From Ostreococcus lucimarinus (taxonomy: Eukaryota), in NCBI GenBank assembly GCA_000092065.1, contig CP000582.1: 64,000 nt of DNA. One strand, 5' to 3'. The translations under genes and the position numbers were made by a program. Below the pieces are notes generated by a model. The model was not told the origin of the DNA. It searched no databases and saw nothing but the letters and a program-made list of their open reading frames with translations. This document shows, in pieces, positions 1 through 12,032 of this stretch (position 1 is its first letter; every line of letters starts with the position of its first letter).

Positions 1-583
1 TTGCGAACCTTCTGTGAACACAAAGTCCGGTTTCCATGCGGCCTCTTCCAGAGAATCTCTACTAGCACAAAACACTATTTCAGGCAAGTTTTCAGTTTAC
101 GAAATTGGGCCTGCTGAAGGATGAAAGTTGCTGCTGCACAGTGTACGAGTAAGCTAAGTTCGTACTTTGTTCACATGTATCTATCTACACGTAGACTCAC
201 ATAGTAACAACTCTCATTTAGCGGGACTATATTGCTACATTTCGACATTTCGCTCACTGCGATTGCCAAGATTCTATAGCAGTAAGGCAAGTATACGCAA
301 TATTTAGGTTGACAAATAAATGTAAAACGTACATGCCCACAAACAATAGCGCCGCACCTCGACGTGGGTACTAGACATCTCTCTGAAGCGCAGTACAGGA
401 TTGAATCGCACCATCTACAGTACTGATTTGACCGTTCGCAAAAAAAAATAATGTGATATCGTTTACAACACTTCGTTGTTACCGTCGCCTTCCCACAAAA
501 AAATTTGAGGGCTTGACGACTCAATAGTGAGGTGCGCAGTGGTGTTTTCAAAGTCATGGAAACATATATGTGGCAACATAATT

Positions 584-1868
584 TCACATCTTATCACGAT
601 TAAAGCTGTATTTTTTATCTAATTTGCTTACGTCCTCGAATGAAAAGGTGTTCATTTCATCGCCGCTGCCTTCTAAGAGTACTCTGAGTGAGCCTCCTGA
701 CGCATCCACGCTTATTACCGAACCGATACAACCGGCATTCTCTCCTCGTATAACTTTTATAGAAGCGCCAATGGCCTAGCTTACGCGTCAGACAAGATAG
801 AAGGCAGTGAGGACCTCTTACAGGAATTACTGTGCGTAGATGATCAGTCGATACTTTGGCTGAATTGAAAGGACCGATTCCCTCTAGCGTCGCCATCCCT
901 TTGTAAACGTTTGTGACAATGTACTTCTGTTTTGATTGCTCTCCCGGCGCGCAATAAATACGCATGATAGTTCCAACTAAGTGACTCTTGGCGAGTTGTT
1001 AGACACATGCCACCTTTTAAACTCACTTAGTCTCACCTGCTCCATCTGCGAAAGTTTCTAGAAAGAAAGGTAAGGGGAGTGCATTTCACACAATCACGTT
1101 GAAAGTCACCTCTTTGCGAGTTAAATCCATGTTAAAGCCAGTCTGCTGAAGTTTTAAGCCCGTAGGCTCATGCTGCTCAGGTTTTGCCGGTACTGCTCCT
1201 CGTTTCACCTGCCTCTCAATAAGCTGTGTTTGTTTGTGTGTTGGAACGAAAGATAAAATGAATCTTCAATTTGATTTACCTTTTCTTGCTTTCGCGCCGA
1301 TCCGTCATCCTCATGTGTTCGCTTTCGCGCCACAGCTCCTTGAAAAATCTTGCTCTCAGCATGCAAATATGTTATGAAAATCCCCTTATCGGTCTCGTCT
1401 ATCTCACAAACACCTTCTGCGACAAGGTGATGGACAAATTCAGTAAGGCTCGTCCAACGTGTCGCTGACCATGAGCATGTTAGACTGTGTAGATATGATC
1501 TTCAAAGAAGTCACCATTCATATGCACGTGCGTCTTGTTCGCTATCAACTCGTTGTAAACCTTGTTAGCTGCCACGCGTGAGTTGCGGTGGCTTAAATGA
1601 AGTCAGCAGTGAAAAAAGCTTTGGAACGATTGTCTTACTTTAATGAGAGCTCTGAGATGAACGCTGTCTTGAAGCGCGAAGAAAAGCCATCGACAACCTT
1701 TTTTTGATTCTGAGCAAAAACGGCGAGCTGGCGAACGTGCGCTGGTGAAGAGCAGTGGCACTTAAAACCGTTCTCGTCTCGGCACTGTTTCTCACACAGT
1801 TGACAATACCAACGGAGGCGTTGAAGGCCTTTCGACTTCAGTTGGTTTGATAACGATTTGGCGCTCAT
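584..1868 (-). CDS. KIN17: DNA/RNA-binding protein KIN17 homologue (multi-exon, span given)
   Basis: Exon 1 is ORF 1635..1868 (KSKGLQRLRWYCQLCEKQCRDENGFKCHC, the KIN17 zinc-finger signature). Downstream minus-strand exons are joined by ~50-nt GT..AG introns and read VYNELIANKTHVHMN|ATRWTSLTEFVHHLVAEGVCEIDETDKG. The C-terminal block reads DHLRTVIP / VIRGENAGCIGSVISVD...FSFEDVSKLD, with the stop at 584-586. Confidence 0.85.
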
Positions 1869-1996
1869 TTTAGCGTTTCATGAAACCATAGTTCAATGAG
1901 CAAACGCCCTCGCCACTTTCGCACTACGTGCTGTGTAGTAGCGACTGACCGGAATTTCCGGACTGGACCCCTCAAAATATCAAACTCACCTCGACA

Positions 1997-2025
1997 ACGT
2001 CATTACGTGAAGACGTCATTACGTG
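1997..2025. promoter_or_regulatory. Tandem duplicated 13-bp ACGT-core motif (acgtcattacgtg x2, 3-bp spacer) in the KIN17/SNW1 divergent intergenic region
   Basis: Direct reading gives acgtcattacgtg at 1997-2009 and again at 2013-2025. The site lies between the divergent start codons at 1868 (-) and 2099 (+). Confidence 0.4.
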
Positions 2026-2098
2026 CCGCTACACCGCAGCTTCATTAGTTGAGAAAACACGTTAAGAAAACACTTTAGCGCCTATCCATTGAAGACAG

Positions 2099-3210
2099 AT
2101 GGCGGTTCGAATGTTGCAATACGGCGACGAGCGAGCCTCGCGTGTTGACGACGTCGGCGGCGACGGTGGCGCTTTTCCTGAACGACGGCATATCGAAACC
2201 GGGGGCTCCCCAGCGTCGTTGGCTCAAGATTCGACACGTATAAGCCCGCATGGTGCCGTGTCGACATCGATCATAGATACAAAGGAAATATCCGTCGTTC
2301 AAAGTGATTTGCGGCTCGCTCGGTCTCAGGTAAGTTTTTTGTTGCTGTGAGCTTGTGTCTTCGACTGAGTCTCGTCTCTATCTAGATAATCACACCAGAG
2401 ACCAGGGCAAAACAACAAAAACAGCTCCAAGATGCGATCGACGGCAAGCTATACCCTCAGAAACATCTTACTGATCTGAAGGGAGGGAACACCCACGCCC
2501 AATACATCAAATATGCGCCGGTGGGTGCTCGAGAGCGAGTAATTAAAGTGCAGCAGCTACAACAAGACCCCTTGAGTCCACCAGCATTCCGCCTAAAAAA
2601 GGTTTGAAGCTTGTGGAGTGTTTCTGTTTCACATCTGAGATTTTCGATAGGCTCCTAGTGAAGCAAAGCCCACTGCAGTCGCAGTCGTTCAGAGTCCTCC
2701 ACGCAAAGTAACCGAAGAAGATAAAGAGGCATGGCGGATTCCTCCGTCAATATCGAATTGGAAAGTACGTCGAACTTTGTGTGAAGTTTATACCTTCTCA
2801 ATATTCTACTTAGAATTCGAAGGGCTACACTATACCCTTAGATAAGCGCCTTGCAGCAGATGGCCGAGGGTTAGTCGATGTGAAAATTAATGATAACTTT
2901 GCAAAATTTTCTGAGGTATCTTTACTATTGCATCGTCACTTCGGACGTGTTTGAATTGATTCATAGGCACTGTATGTTGCCGAACAATCTGCACGCGTTT
3001 CAGTTGAGACACGTGCAAATGTGCAAAAACAAGTGGCACTGCAGGAACAGATTTCGAGGGAACAAACTATTCGGCAAGTAGCGGCTCAGGCCCTTCGTGA
3101 TCAAAATGTAGAGAGCGAAGGTCTAGAGGAAAAGGTGAGTGGCATGCGAACACTACAACCTTTTATTTGACATCAAACTACAGTTAAGTCACAAGCGAAT
3201 GAAAAAATGA
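2099..3210 (+). CDS. SNW1: SNW-domain splicing/transcription cofactor (SKIP/SNW1/Prp45 homologue), multi-exon
   Basis: Exons joined by ~50-nt GT..AG introns read GDGGAFPE, HAQYIKYAP..RVIKVQQLQQDPLSPPAFRLKK, SPPRKVTEEDKEAWRIPPSISNWK and NSKGYTIPLDKRLAADGRGLVDVKINDNFAKFSE. These are the canonical SNW-domain blocks. The last exon ends in a stop at 3208-3210. Confidence 0.85.
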
Positions 3211-3242
3211 GTTGATCATTTTAGAGTTTGAAGCTTTCATGT

Positions 3243-5231
3243 TCAGAGCCTCTCCAGTGGTTCAATCCCTAACAATGAGAAAGTCAATTTCATTGTATAT
3301 AGTGTCCGCTCACACAGATAAATTCTACTTTCTTCATTGTCTCCACCTATTACTTTGCATTCCGCATAGAAGTTGTTGAAGGTACTACAAAGCGTGTAAA
3401 GGTACTCGCAGAGCTTTGAAGGTGCTAAGTCTTGTAGCGTTGTCAGTAGAGCATCTTGAAACTTGATAATCTGAATAGCTAAGAGTCGCTCTTCCTCGTG
3501 ACTGATACTGAATTGATCAGGTCGTCCTGCAAAGGAAGATTTTTGTAATATTGTCGCAACCCGCGCGTGCGAGTACTGCAGATACATAGCCGTGTTTCCC
3601 TTTAGGTCTAGCATTCTATCAAACGAAAATGTGTAGTTCGTCAGCCGATTGTTCTGAAGGTCAGCATATTTCACTGAACTCACACCTAGCACTTTGGATG
3701 CGTGCTTTATTTCGTCAGTAGTGAGATTTGTACCCTTTTCTTCTAAGAACTTAAAACATCGTTCTTCGGCCTCATCTAGTAAAGACTTCAATTTGACTGT
3801 TTCACCAGATCTCGTACGTAGACGTTTTCCATCTTCACCTAAAACAACACCAAAACCAACGTGCTCTAATGCCACTTGTGCGTCCCCCCACCCTGCTTCG
3901 TTCGCAGTTTTAAAAATTGCTTTGAAATGTTTGTGCTGCCCTTGATCTGTTACGTAAATGATTTTATCCGCCTTTTCGCTCATGATTCTGTGACGTACTG
4001 CCGCCAAATCTGTCGATGCATAGTTGAAACCCCCATCACTTTTGCGACAAATTACTGGGGTATCATCAGACTCAGTGAAAATGCAAAGCGCACCAGCATC
4101 TTCCACGATTAACCTTTTAGATTGAAGCTCATCAAGTACCGATGGGATCATATCGTTGTAGAAACTTTCTCCCTTCTCGACTATTCGGATTTTTAATCGG
4201 TCGTAGATCGTCTGAAACTCAGCTCGGCTTGCACTGCAGATTTGCCGCCACATATGTGCTGTTTCTGGATCATACGACTGAAGCTTGACGACCATATCTT
4301 TTGATTTTGCCTTGAAATCATCGTCAACATCGAATTTCTGCTTAGCTTGCTTGTAGCAAGCTTGCAGATCACTTACACTCGAGTCCGGTGATATGCCATT
4401 TTCCTTCATGAACTGAATCAACATTCCAAACTGAGTGCCCCAATCACCAACATGGTTCACGCGAGTGGTGGTATAACCACAGAATTCGAAAACATTGCAG
4501 AGAGTATCACCAATTATAGTGCTACGAAGATGACCGACATGCATTTCCTTTGCAATGTTTGGGGAAGAAAAGTCTACCAAAACGTGCCTTTTGATAGTAG
4601 GACCCAACTCTGCACTTTTGGTTTCTCTAAAAAGTTCCGAACGTATGTAGTTATCGGACAGGCGAAAGTTTATGAACCCAGGTCCGGCAATGGTGATGGA
4701 ATCAAACATTTCCCTTTCAGATATTCCGGCTACGATTTCATCAGCGACGTCACGCGGACTGCGAAAGCTAGTTTCCCCAGCTTTTGCAAGTGCAGAAAAA
4801 ATTTGCATAGCACTACTACTCTGGAAGTCGCCCAGCGAAGTATTAGCGCATTCCGCAACATCTATCGGTTTGTCGTAGTCAGGAAACCGCTCACGCACGG
4901 ACGACTCAACCATCCCTCTAAGCGTGCCGAGGATAGTATGTTCCGTCACACTAGCTTCTGCTGAACACTGTCGCCGCACGGCGCCTGGTCTTCGACGCAC
5001 GCCGCCAGTTCTTCGGCGCACAGCAGTCTGCCTTCCGGATTCAACGTGAATTCTCATATAATTCGATTGAAACGCTACATTTCGTAGCAAGCGGGCTGCG
5101 TAAACCATCGCAGACGACAACCCGGTGTTTCGGCCACGGCGCGGGGTTGACGCCAGGGCTATCCTCCTTGTTTTCTTCGATATATTCTTTTGCGTTTTTG
5201 GTTCAAATTTACAGCTGATGCTCGTAATCAA
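3243..5231 (-). CDS. Arginyl-tRNA synthetase with Arg-rich N-terminal presequence (true start may be an internal Met)
   Basis: 662-aa ORF. It carries the class I motif HVGHLRSTIIGD, the RLRTRSGETVKL block (MSTR-type) and a C-terminal DALR-like anticodon-binding region. The N-terminus MVYAARLLRN..RRRTGGVRRRPGAVRR looks like an organelle-targeting peptide. Confidence 0.9.
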   Translation of the reverse strand: MITSISCKFEPKTQKNISKKTRRIALASTPRRGRNTGLSSAMVYAARLLRNVAFQSNYMRIHVESGRQTAVRRRTGGVRRRPGAVRRQCSAEASVTEHTILGTLRGMVESSVRERFPDYDKPIDVAECANTSLGDFQSSSAMQIFSALAKAGETSFRSPRDVADEIVAGISEREMFDSITIAGPGFINFRLSDNYIRSELFRETKSAELGPTIKRHVLVDFSSPNIAKEMHVGHLRSTIIGDTLCNVFEFCGYTTTRVNHVGDWGTQFGMLIQFMKENGISPDSSVSDLQACYKQAKQKFDVDDDFKAKSKDMVVKLQSYDPETAHMWRQICSASRAEFQTIYDRLKIRIVEKGESFYNDMIPSVLDELQSKRLIVEDAGALCIFTESDDTPVICRKSDGGFNYASTDLAAVRHRIMSEKADKIIYVTDQGQHKHFKAIFKTANEAGWGDAQVALEHVGFGVVLGEDGKRLRTRSGETVKLKSLLDEAEERCFKFLEEKGTNLTTDEIKHASKVLGVSSVKYADLQNNRLTNYTFSFDRMLDLKGNTAMYLQYSHARVATILQKSSFAGRPDQFSISHEEERLLAIQIIKFQDALLTTLQDLAPSKLCEYLYTLCSTFNNFYAECKVIGGDNEESRIYLCERTLYTMKLTFSLLGIEPLERL

Positions 5232-5276
5232 ACTATTTTGTAGAGTATCTTTGATTTATAACGAGCGGCCTCGATT

Positions 5277-5729
5277 ATGTCCAGTAACGCTAAAAAACGT
5301 GCGAGGCGCCAAGGACGAGCATCACTTCGAAGCGCTTCATGGATCCGCTTTCCCCTGCGATTACGTTCTTCGACAAAGATGGCAAAGGCCGAACAAGTTA
5401 CATCGGTAGTCTAGTGCCAGATAAGCTGTTTTCTCCGATCCCAGGCCTTTGGTTCACCAACCAAGGCTCAGAGGTAACTCGTTCCAACGAACAAGCAAAA
5501 AACCTTTCGTTAGACAATAAGTCAGGTGTTGGAGCGACTGATGGATGCATACGAGAAGAATCCATATCCAGTACAAAACGAACTATGCGCACTCGCTAGA
5601 GAACTGAACGCGCCCGATTCACAAAAGGTAGGACTGTTTGGGCAATAGACGATAAGCCTTCTCTCACATTTTCAGATCGAGTCATTCTTCCGAAATATGC
5701 ACATGCGTTCGCAGCTTAGCTCTCAGTAA
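5277..5729 (+). CDS. Small multi-exon gene, degenerate homeodomain-like protein (exon structure not fully resolved)
   Basis: Spliced reading gives QVLERLMDAYEKNPYPVQNELCALARELNAPDSQK|IESFFRNMHMRSQLSSQ*. This resembles homeodomain helices 1-3, with a KKRARR basic stretch in exon 1. The upstream exon junctions are uncertain. Confidence 0.35.
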
Positions 5730-5902
5730 GCACTGGTCTAAAGATCCTGAGATGAAATAACTACTCCTGGATTACCATATACTTTTTTTTGTAATCACAG
5801 ATCGTGAAAAATTGTATACCAGCCAACTTCAAGCAGCAGCGCATGGAAATTTCATCTAAAAAGTCTATGCGCCAAAATAACTGTGCTCGTGGTGTGCTGC
5901 TG

Positions 5903-7570
5903 TCATACATTTTGTAGCATTAAATCTTGTATATCTCGAAGGAGCTCTTTCACTACTCCTCTATCCGGCAAGCCGTGAGCAAGTCCATATATAGGCGCCT
6001 TGCCTCCGGGAATCTTATCAAGGGTCCGTGATGTTTGAACAGCTTGTTTCAGATCATCAATCAAAGCATCAACAGACGAAATATTCGCTGGAGTTATACA
6101 AAAGTGAAGTGCGCTTGGATTCTGTAAAACAGCAAGTCTCCAACCTTTTGAAGATAATATATCATTGAGCACATAAACGTTGTTTGTTCGATCAGTTGTA
6201 CGCCACGCAACTACCATGGTTGCGTGTCGCCCAATCAGCTCCAAACCGTCCGTATCTGCCACCGCTTTACGGAGCTTAATCGCACTCTCAATTATTTCGT
6301 GTGCTACTCTTGAATATCCTTCGCGCCCCATATGTAACATGGCAGCCCACGTCTGTGCAATTAAACCTCCAGACCGTGAACCAGCAGGGGTTGGAGAAAT
6401 GTAGAGACCTCCTGTCCAGTCAGCAACTGAAGTATACTGAAACTGACGCAATACAGATGTTGAATACAGCACCACCGATGAACCTTTTTGTGCGTAGCCG
6501 TACTTATGCGTGTCTAAACTCATAGATGTAACACCTGCAAGTGAAAAATCAAATTTTGGGACGTGACTCTCAATCTCGCGCCCACTCAAGAACGGTAGGA
6601 TAAAGCCCCCCAAACAAGCATCAACGTGTAAGCAACACCTTTGACCTAGTGCTATATCAGAGAGCTCCTCGATCGGATCTATCACCCCATGAGGGTAAGT
6701 TGGGGCTGATGCGTATATCAAAATTGTCCGACGACTGAGTGCACGTTTTACAGCAGCCACGTTCATTTGACCATGTTCATCTGTGGGAACGCGCACGATG
6801 TTTATTTTGAAATATTCAGCTGCCTTGTACACTGCAGCGTGCGCAGAAACTGACACGATCCTATAAAAACTGTTTGTCATGATCAGCACTATTTATTTTA
6901 TAACTCAAACGTACATTTCTGGTCGAGAGATATGCTTGCTGTAGCACATAAAATCACGAGAAGCCCTGATTGCCGTAAGAATGCTTTCTGTGCCACCTGA
7001 TGTCACAGCACCACAAATTTCTGAATTGCTATCATTCGACACCAACATGCTGGTCATACTGACAACTTCAGACTCCATTCGTGCGACGCTAGGGAACGCA
7101 TCACCATGAAGTGGATTCGTATGGGCGAAATTACAGTACATCGAATTGCAGAGCTCGCGATGGGTGAGCTCCGTTGCGTATACTGTGCCGGTCATTTTTG
7201 AGGTGTGAAACAAGTGCTTACAGTCGTGTCCTTTGAGTTTATCTGCTTGTTTTAGAATCTCATGAATAGATTGACCCTCGCATGGCAAGTCTTGAGTCCT
7301 GTGTACCGGCAAAACTCCTGACTTCAAACCACTTTCAACTTCTGATAGTATTTTCTCTTTAGAACGCGCCACGAGATTCCGCACACCCGGTAGACTTCGC
7401 GCCAATCGAAAGAGCTTCTCCACATCTTGTCTTTGAGTTCTAAGTAATCCGTCGAGGATCTTGCACACGCCCGTAGCGAGAATATAGATCAGGAGTCCAC
7501 AAACCAACAATATTGGACTGACTCCACGTTCAAGGAGCGGAAACAAAGTTTGAAAAAAGTACCCGCACAC
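5903..7570 (-). CDS. DPL1: Sphingosine-1-phosphate lyase (PLP-dependent group II decarboxylase family), 2 exons
   Basis: ORFs 6905..7570 and 5903..6889 are joined by a 54-nt GT..AG intron, giving ..ISRPEM|IVSVSAHAAVYKAAEYF. Motifs include TSGGTESILTAIRASRD and SMSLDTHKYGYAQKG (PLP lysine), plus an N-terminal hydrophobic anchor. Confidence 0.85.
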
Positions 7571-7947
7571 GTTGACTGTGACGTAACATTAGATGGCATG
7601 AACAGGACGAAGGAAAACTAGGTGGCTTACGATGCAGAACACTTGCGCGAACTACTAAAACTATCATCGTAGTTGTAGCGGGCCGGCGCCTTCCAGTTAC
7701 ACAGTTACTGTTTCTCAGTTTCAGAGGCGACTGCAAAAGTATGCTTATGTCTACAGCTACATATGATATAGACCCATAGAGTAGTCGTAGGAAAGCTAAA
7801 CCCTCCTTCTCCCACCCCCGAGCGATAGAGGTAGTCGCTATAGGCTAGAGCTAGTACGCCTTCGTTCAGGAAGCTGTATCATTGCACGAAGCAATCAGAC
7901 GCGCAGTTTGTGGAGAGACCTGAAAGCCATCGCGCGCCGTTCTCGAC

Positions 7948-8413
7948 ATGGGCGCCAACCGTTCTGCATCTGAGGTCCGAAAGTTGGCTGAAGCTCCGTT
8001 AAACTTTGGCAAGGGCTCCCGCGCTTGTCTTTATTGCAAGCTAGTTCAGACGTACGAGCAGGTAAGTTGCTCACATACATTCGTTGTCTACTGAGTAACT
8101 GGACAATTTAAGTTCATCGACAACGGGTGCGGAAACTGTGTTACTTTGAACATGAAGGGGGACAAGGATCGTGTATCTGAACTAACAACGTCAAATTATT
8201 CTGGGTACGATGATCAGTCGCTTCTCCATTCTACACATTGAATATTCCTCAGGATGGTGTCACTATTAGATGGACGCGCGTCCTGGGTCGGCAAATGGCT
8301 AAGACTAGGTACTTGTGCTGAATGTTGAGACTCTCCTGGCTGATCACGCAACAGATACCTGTGTTCCTGGTTGTTATGCCCTTAGTTTGCATAGTTCTAC
8401 GTCCATTCGATGA
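7948..8413 (+). CDS. SPT4: Transcription elongation factor SPT4, 4 exons
   Basis: Spliced reading is ..GSRACLYCKLVQTYEQ|FIDNGCGNCVTLNMKGDKDRVSELTTSNYSG|MVSLLDGRASWVGKWLRL|DTCVPGCYALS... It has the four-Cys zinc ribbon and the NGN-binding region. The three introns are ~46-51 nt. Confidence 0.85.
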
Positions 8414-8510
8414 TTTGGATCTTGCTGATTTTGAATCACACTTGTATTCTACATCATCAGCACTCGTATGCGTCACATTTCGATAGCAAGTCTTGGAGAA
8501 CTGCACGAGG

Positions 8511-8542
8511 ACACACACACGCACACACGCACATACACACAC
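8511..8542. repeat. Imperfect (AC)n microsatellite in the SPT4/SufE convergent 3' intergenic region
   Basis: Direct reading: acacacacacgcacacacgcacatacacacac. Confidence 0.9.
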
Positions 8543-8565
8543 GGACTTGTAGAACTCAGTACGCA

Positions 8566-9335
8566 TCAAATGAAGCTACGCGCTTGCATTTGCATAAGAT
8601 TGAGCATATTAAGGAGTCCATTAGTCCGAGACGGCGTCAGAGCCGTTTTTAAACCTAGTTCCCCAAGGAATTCCGGTTTCACTTCTGCTATGTCTTGTGG
8701 TGAATTTCCACTCAAGCCTTTAATAAGCAGTGCCGCTAAACCTTTCGTGAGCTGAGAATCTGACTCCGCTTCGTAATAGACCAAACCTCCTCTGAAAGAA
8801 GGCACTATCCAAACCTTCATACGCTTAAAAATAGTCATGAAAAAGTGCGTTTAACGCGTACCTGCGACACACACCCCGGAACCTGCAAAAGTATCAGAGT
8901 TGGCCATTCAGTTGTATGCAGTACATACCTTGTAACGATCATCTAGAGCTTCCTGTTGATACGAATATAATTCCGATCGAGAATATCGAAAACGAACTCA
9001 CGGTGGATAATGGCTTCAGGGCCTTTGCCATGAACAAAAGTTGCCGGTATCTTTGCATGGGGTCAGGAACCTAGACGAGCCTGGAAAGTGAACCTGTGAT
9101 AACGTCGAAAGTAACGTGCCCATACCGCTTGAAATGACTGAACCAGCGCTGATAGGCTCTCCGGCATACTTTCGCGGTCTATTGCCTTAACTCTCGTCAA
9201 GTATGTGCGTAAACGTGCGTGTGCCGTATGTCGACACCTAAAGCGAGCGAAATTCGTGTTCGGAGTGGCTGTGGTTTGGTTCGTGCTCACACGTGTCGTC
9301 AACATGGACATAGACACCCCTAGTCGCCGGAACAA
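8566..9335 (-). CDS. SUFE: SufE-domain Fe-S cluster assembly protein with N-terminal presequence, multi-exon
   Basis: The last exon is ORF 8566..8838 (YYEAESDSQLTKGLAALLIKGLSGNSPQDI..LTPSRTNGLLNML). Upstream exons read LSALVQSFQAV, DPMQRYRQLLFMAKALKPLS and EALDDRYKVPGCVSQ, which contains the conserved SufE Cys. Confidence 0.8.
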
Positions 9336-9519
9336 GCAACGTGGCTATCCAGCACCCGCGTTCGCGCGTGTGTGTGTGGCTGGAATACGGCAGGGAGTGG
9401 GCAGAAAGAACGTTTTAGAAAAACAGATAGGCATCACTTTTCCACAGTATTACAAAAGCGGAGACAACAAAACATTACATTCGTGCGACGGAACGAAGCT
9501 CGTCGCCAGTCTGATGTGG

Positions 9520-11110
9520 CTAAATTCCTTCTTTTTTATTCGAAACGCTTGGGAACATCGTCATCGCCGTTGCTTCGTCGCTCCGTGGAGTATGTGTTTG
9601 CGGCAGACCTGTGGCCGATATCGGTAAATCATGACTCTTCTCAGAGCTCGGTGTGTTCTCCATAATAGAGATCGTCGAGCTCGGGATATCATCTCGTACA
9701 ACCATACTTTGTTGACGACGCAGAGCCGCGACGTGACGCTCATTCTCGTATTGAGATTTATCAAGGCTGGCTGAGAAGCCCTTTTCGCTCTTTTCGCTAA
9801 TATGCTCGACGTCAACACTGACATTACGAGTATTAGTCGAATCACGTGGTACTTCGTGGAAAGGCACACTGGGTTTGCAGGTCATCTTCGACAGGTTTTC
9901 CAAAAGATGTGCTCGAACCCCTTCAAGATATTCGCGAGTATTTTGATTCTCCATGTTGCTCGGTTGGATATGCAGTGTGTGAGTTGGGCCAAAATATTCT
10001 GAGTAGTCGTTTTGTGGCATAGCATCTACCAGTTCTCGATCAAGTAAGCAACCCGTTTCGTATGCCCAGCATCTGGCTACGTTCCGTATCGTGTAACCAC
10101 CGCCCCCAAGTACAAGTAAAGGTACGTTGAACGTAGTCATGTATTTGAGGCACTCTGCGTGACCTTTGATGGACAGATTGAAACAACCCAAACGGTCTCC
10201 AGAAAGAGAGTCTGCCCCAGATTGAAATACAACTGCATCGGGCTGATAGATCTCCATGACTTTTGACATCAACGGCTTGTAGAGAAGCTCGTAGCTTTCA
10301 TCATCTATTCCATCCTTTAGGGGTACGTTGACACTATAGTACTTGCCAGCATGTTGGCCGATGTCCTGCAAGTGCCCAGTCCCTGGGAAATATTCGCCGA
10401 ATTTGTGAAACGAAACCGTCATTACTCTGTCTGTCGTGTAAAACGCTTCTTCAACCCCGTCACCGTGATGAATATCTATATCAATGTACAAAACCCGCTG
10501 ATGTTGCTTGAGTAACTCCAATATCGCAAGTACAATATCGTTAACATAGCAAAACCCACTTGCTTCACTCTTTTTTGCGTGATGAAGCCCGCCAGACCAA
10601 TTTATGACAGTTTCTGATAGTCCATGATTCAAGCGGACAGCCCCTCCAACAGAGCCGCCTGTGTACAGTTGGCAGAAGCGGAACAGTCCGTCAAATACCG
10701 GGCAGTCCTCAGCAACATTGAACCTCTTCAACTGGCGCATGTGTTCATGCTGATTATCAGGGGTGACAAGGCGTAGAAATTCAATGTATTCGTCGCTATG
10801 AAATTGCGTCATGTCATCGGCTTGCGCGGGCGTGGGTTGAAACACCTACACGTGGAGAGTCAAGATCATGGAACACGTGATTTTCAACGGCTAGTCCACC
10901 GCTATCATCGCAACAACGTACCTCCATGTCTTTGTACAAATCGTAGTGTAAGAGCAGATTATGTGTCATTCTCATACGGTGCGGTTTCATTGGATGTCCC
11001 TACGAACGTAACAATCAGAAGCTGTTGCGTGATCCCTCTTCGTTTCTCACCTGTCCGTAGTAGAAGTTTCCCACTTCTTGGTCATAAAAGTATGCAATTT
11101 TCTTCTTCAT
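9520..11110 (-). CDS. RPD3: Class I histone deacetylase (RPD3/HDAC1-like), 3 exons
   Basis: Spliced reading is [20 protein letters not shown]|[26 protein letters not shown]|VFQPTP... The body of the ORF carries [19 protein letters not shown] and [15 protein letters not shown]. Confidence 0.92.
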
Positions 11111-11385
11111 CGCTGTCCCAGAATGATCCCTACGATATGGCGTTGCGTGTGCGTTCGCTCTCCAGGTTGCGTCCAGTAGTCGCGCGGCTGCGTTTCGCAG
11201 TTCTTCGGGCGAGAACCTTTTCCAGTTTGACTTGCGCGAAGCGCGAAACATAGCTTTCAAATAATCTATATATTGTATCTTTAGAGGCCGCTGACAAATT
11301 CAGCTCCAGTTGGTGTCTACAGTTGCCAGGTCGAGCACGTCGCGCTTCATACGTCGAGTACGCACATTTGTCCTCGTATGGGCCA

Positions 11386-11910
11386 ATGTTGATCGCGCGG
11401 GGTGCATTTTTCGGGTTTGCGGGTGCGACATTTTGTCTAGTACTATCATGTACGTCTACAATCGTGCTTTGATTTGATAACGAAACTTACTAATACTTCT
11501 GACGCCTAGGTTTGGGTGCTGCGTATGGTACGTCGCAAGCTGGGATCGGGCTGTGCAGAGGATCCGCAAAACGTCCGTCCGTCACTATAAAAGCGATAAT
11601 ACCAGTTGCCATGGCTGGTGTTCGAGGGATTTATGGACTAGTTCTGAGCATAATCATCTTAGCAAGTGCTACAAGTGCTGGGGAAAGCTACTCTGAATTC
11701 AGTGGTCTACTGCATCTATGTGCAGGCGTTTGTTGTGGTATGGCGCAGTTCGCGAGCGGAATTACAGTTGGAGTAATCGGTGAGAGCTCAACGCAAGCTA
11801 TTGTCACAAGACCAAGGCTGTTTGCACCCGCCATTTTGATTCTCATTTTCTCCGAAGCTCTTGCACTGTATGGACTGATTTCTGGTATGATTCTTGTGCA
11901 AACTAGCTAG
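11386..11910 (+). CDS. VMA3: V-type ATPase 16-kDa proteolipid subunit c, 2 exons
   Basis: Exon 1 reads MLIARGAFFGFAGATFCLVLS. Exon 2 reads ..GAAYGTSQAGIGL..IIPVAMAGVRGIYGLV.. and contains ILIFSEALALYGLI, the essential TM4 Glu. Confidence 0.85.
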
Positions 11911-12032
11911 CAAAATGAAATGCAGCAGCGCGGCATTATACGGAAGTGCGAGGAAACGCTTTCAACTAAATCACTGCAGACTAGTCGTCCCCTGATCTTG
12001 CATGCTTAGATTCTGCATACTTGACGGCACGT

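Noticed and set aside
171-587. A 138-aa Cys-rich ORF at the left edge of the window.
   Set aside because: It has no family resemblance. It overlaps the stop region of KIN17 (584-586) and otherwise lies in the probable KIN17 3' flank. Its composition is typical of a chance ORF. The first ~170 nt might belong to a neighbouring gene, but that cannot be supported from the window.
4452-4964. A 170-aa plus-strand ORF inside the ArgRS gene, with similar antisense ORFs inside the KEA antiporter, IleRS, separase, SWR1 and HDAC genes.
   Set aside because: All are antisense to strongly supported conserved genes and have no motifs. These are ordinary shadow ORFs.
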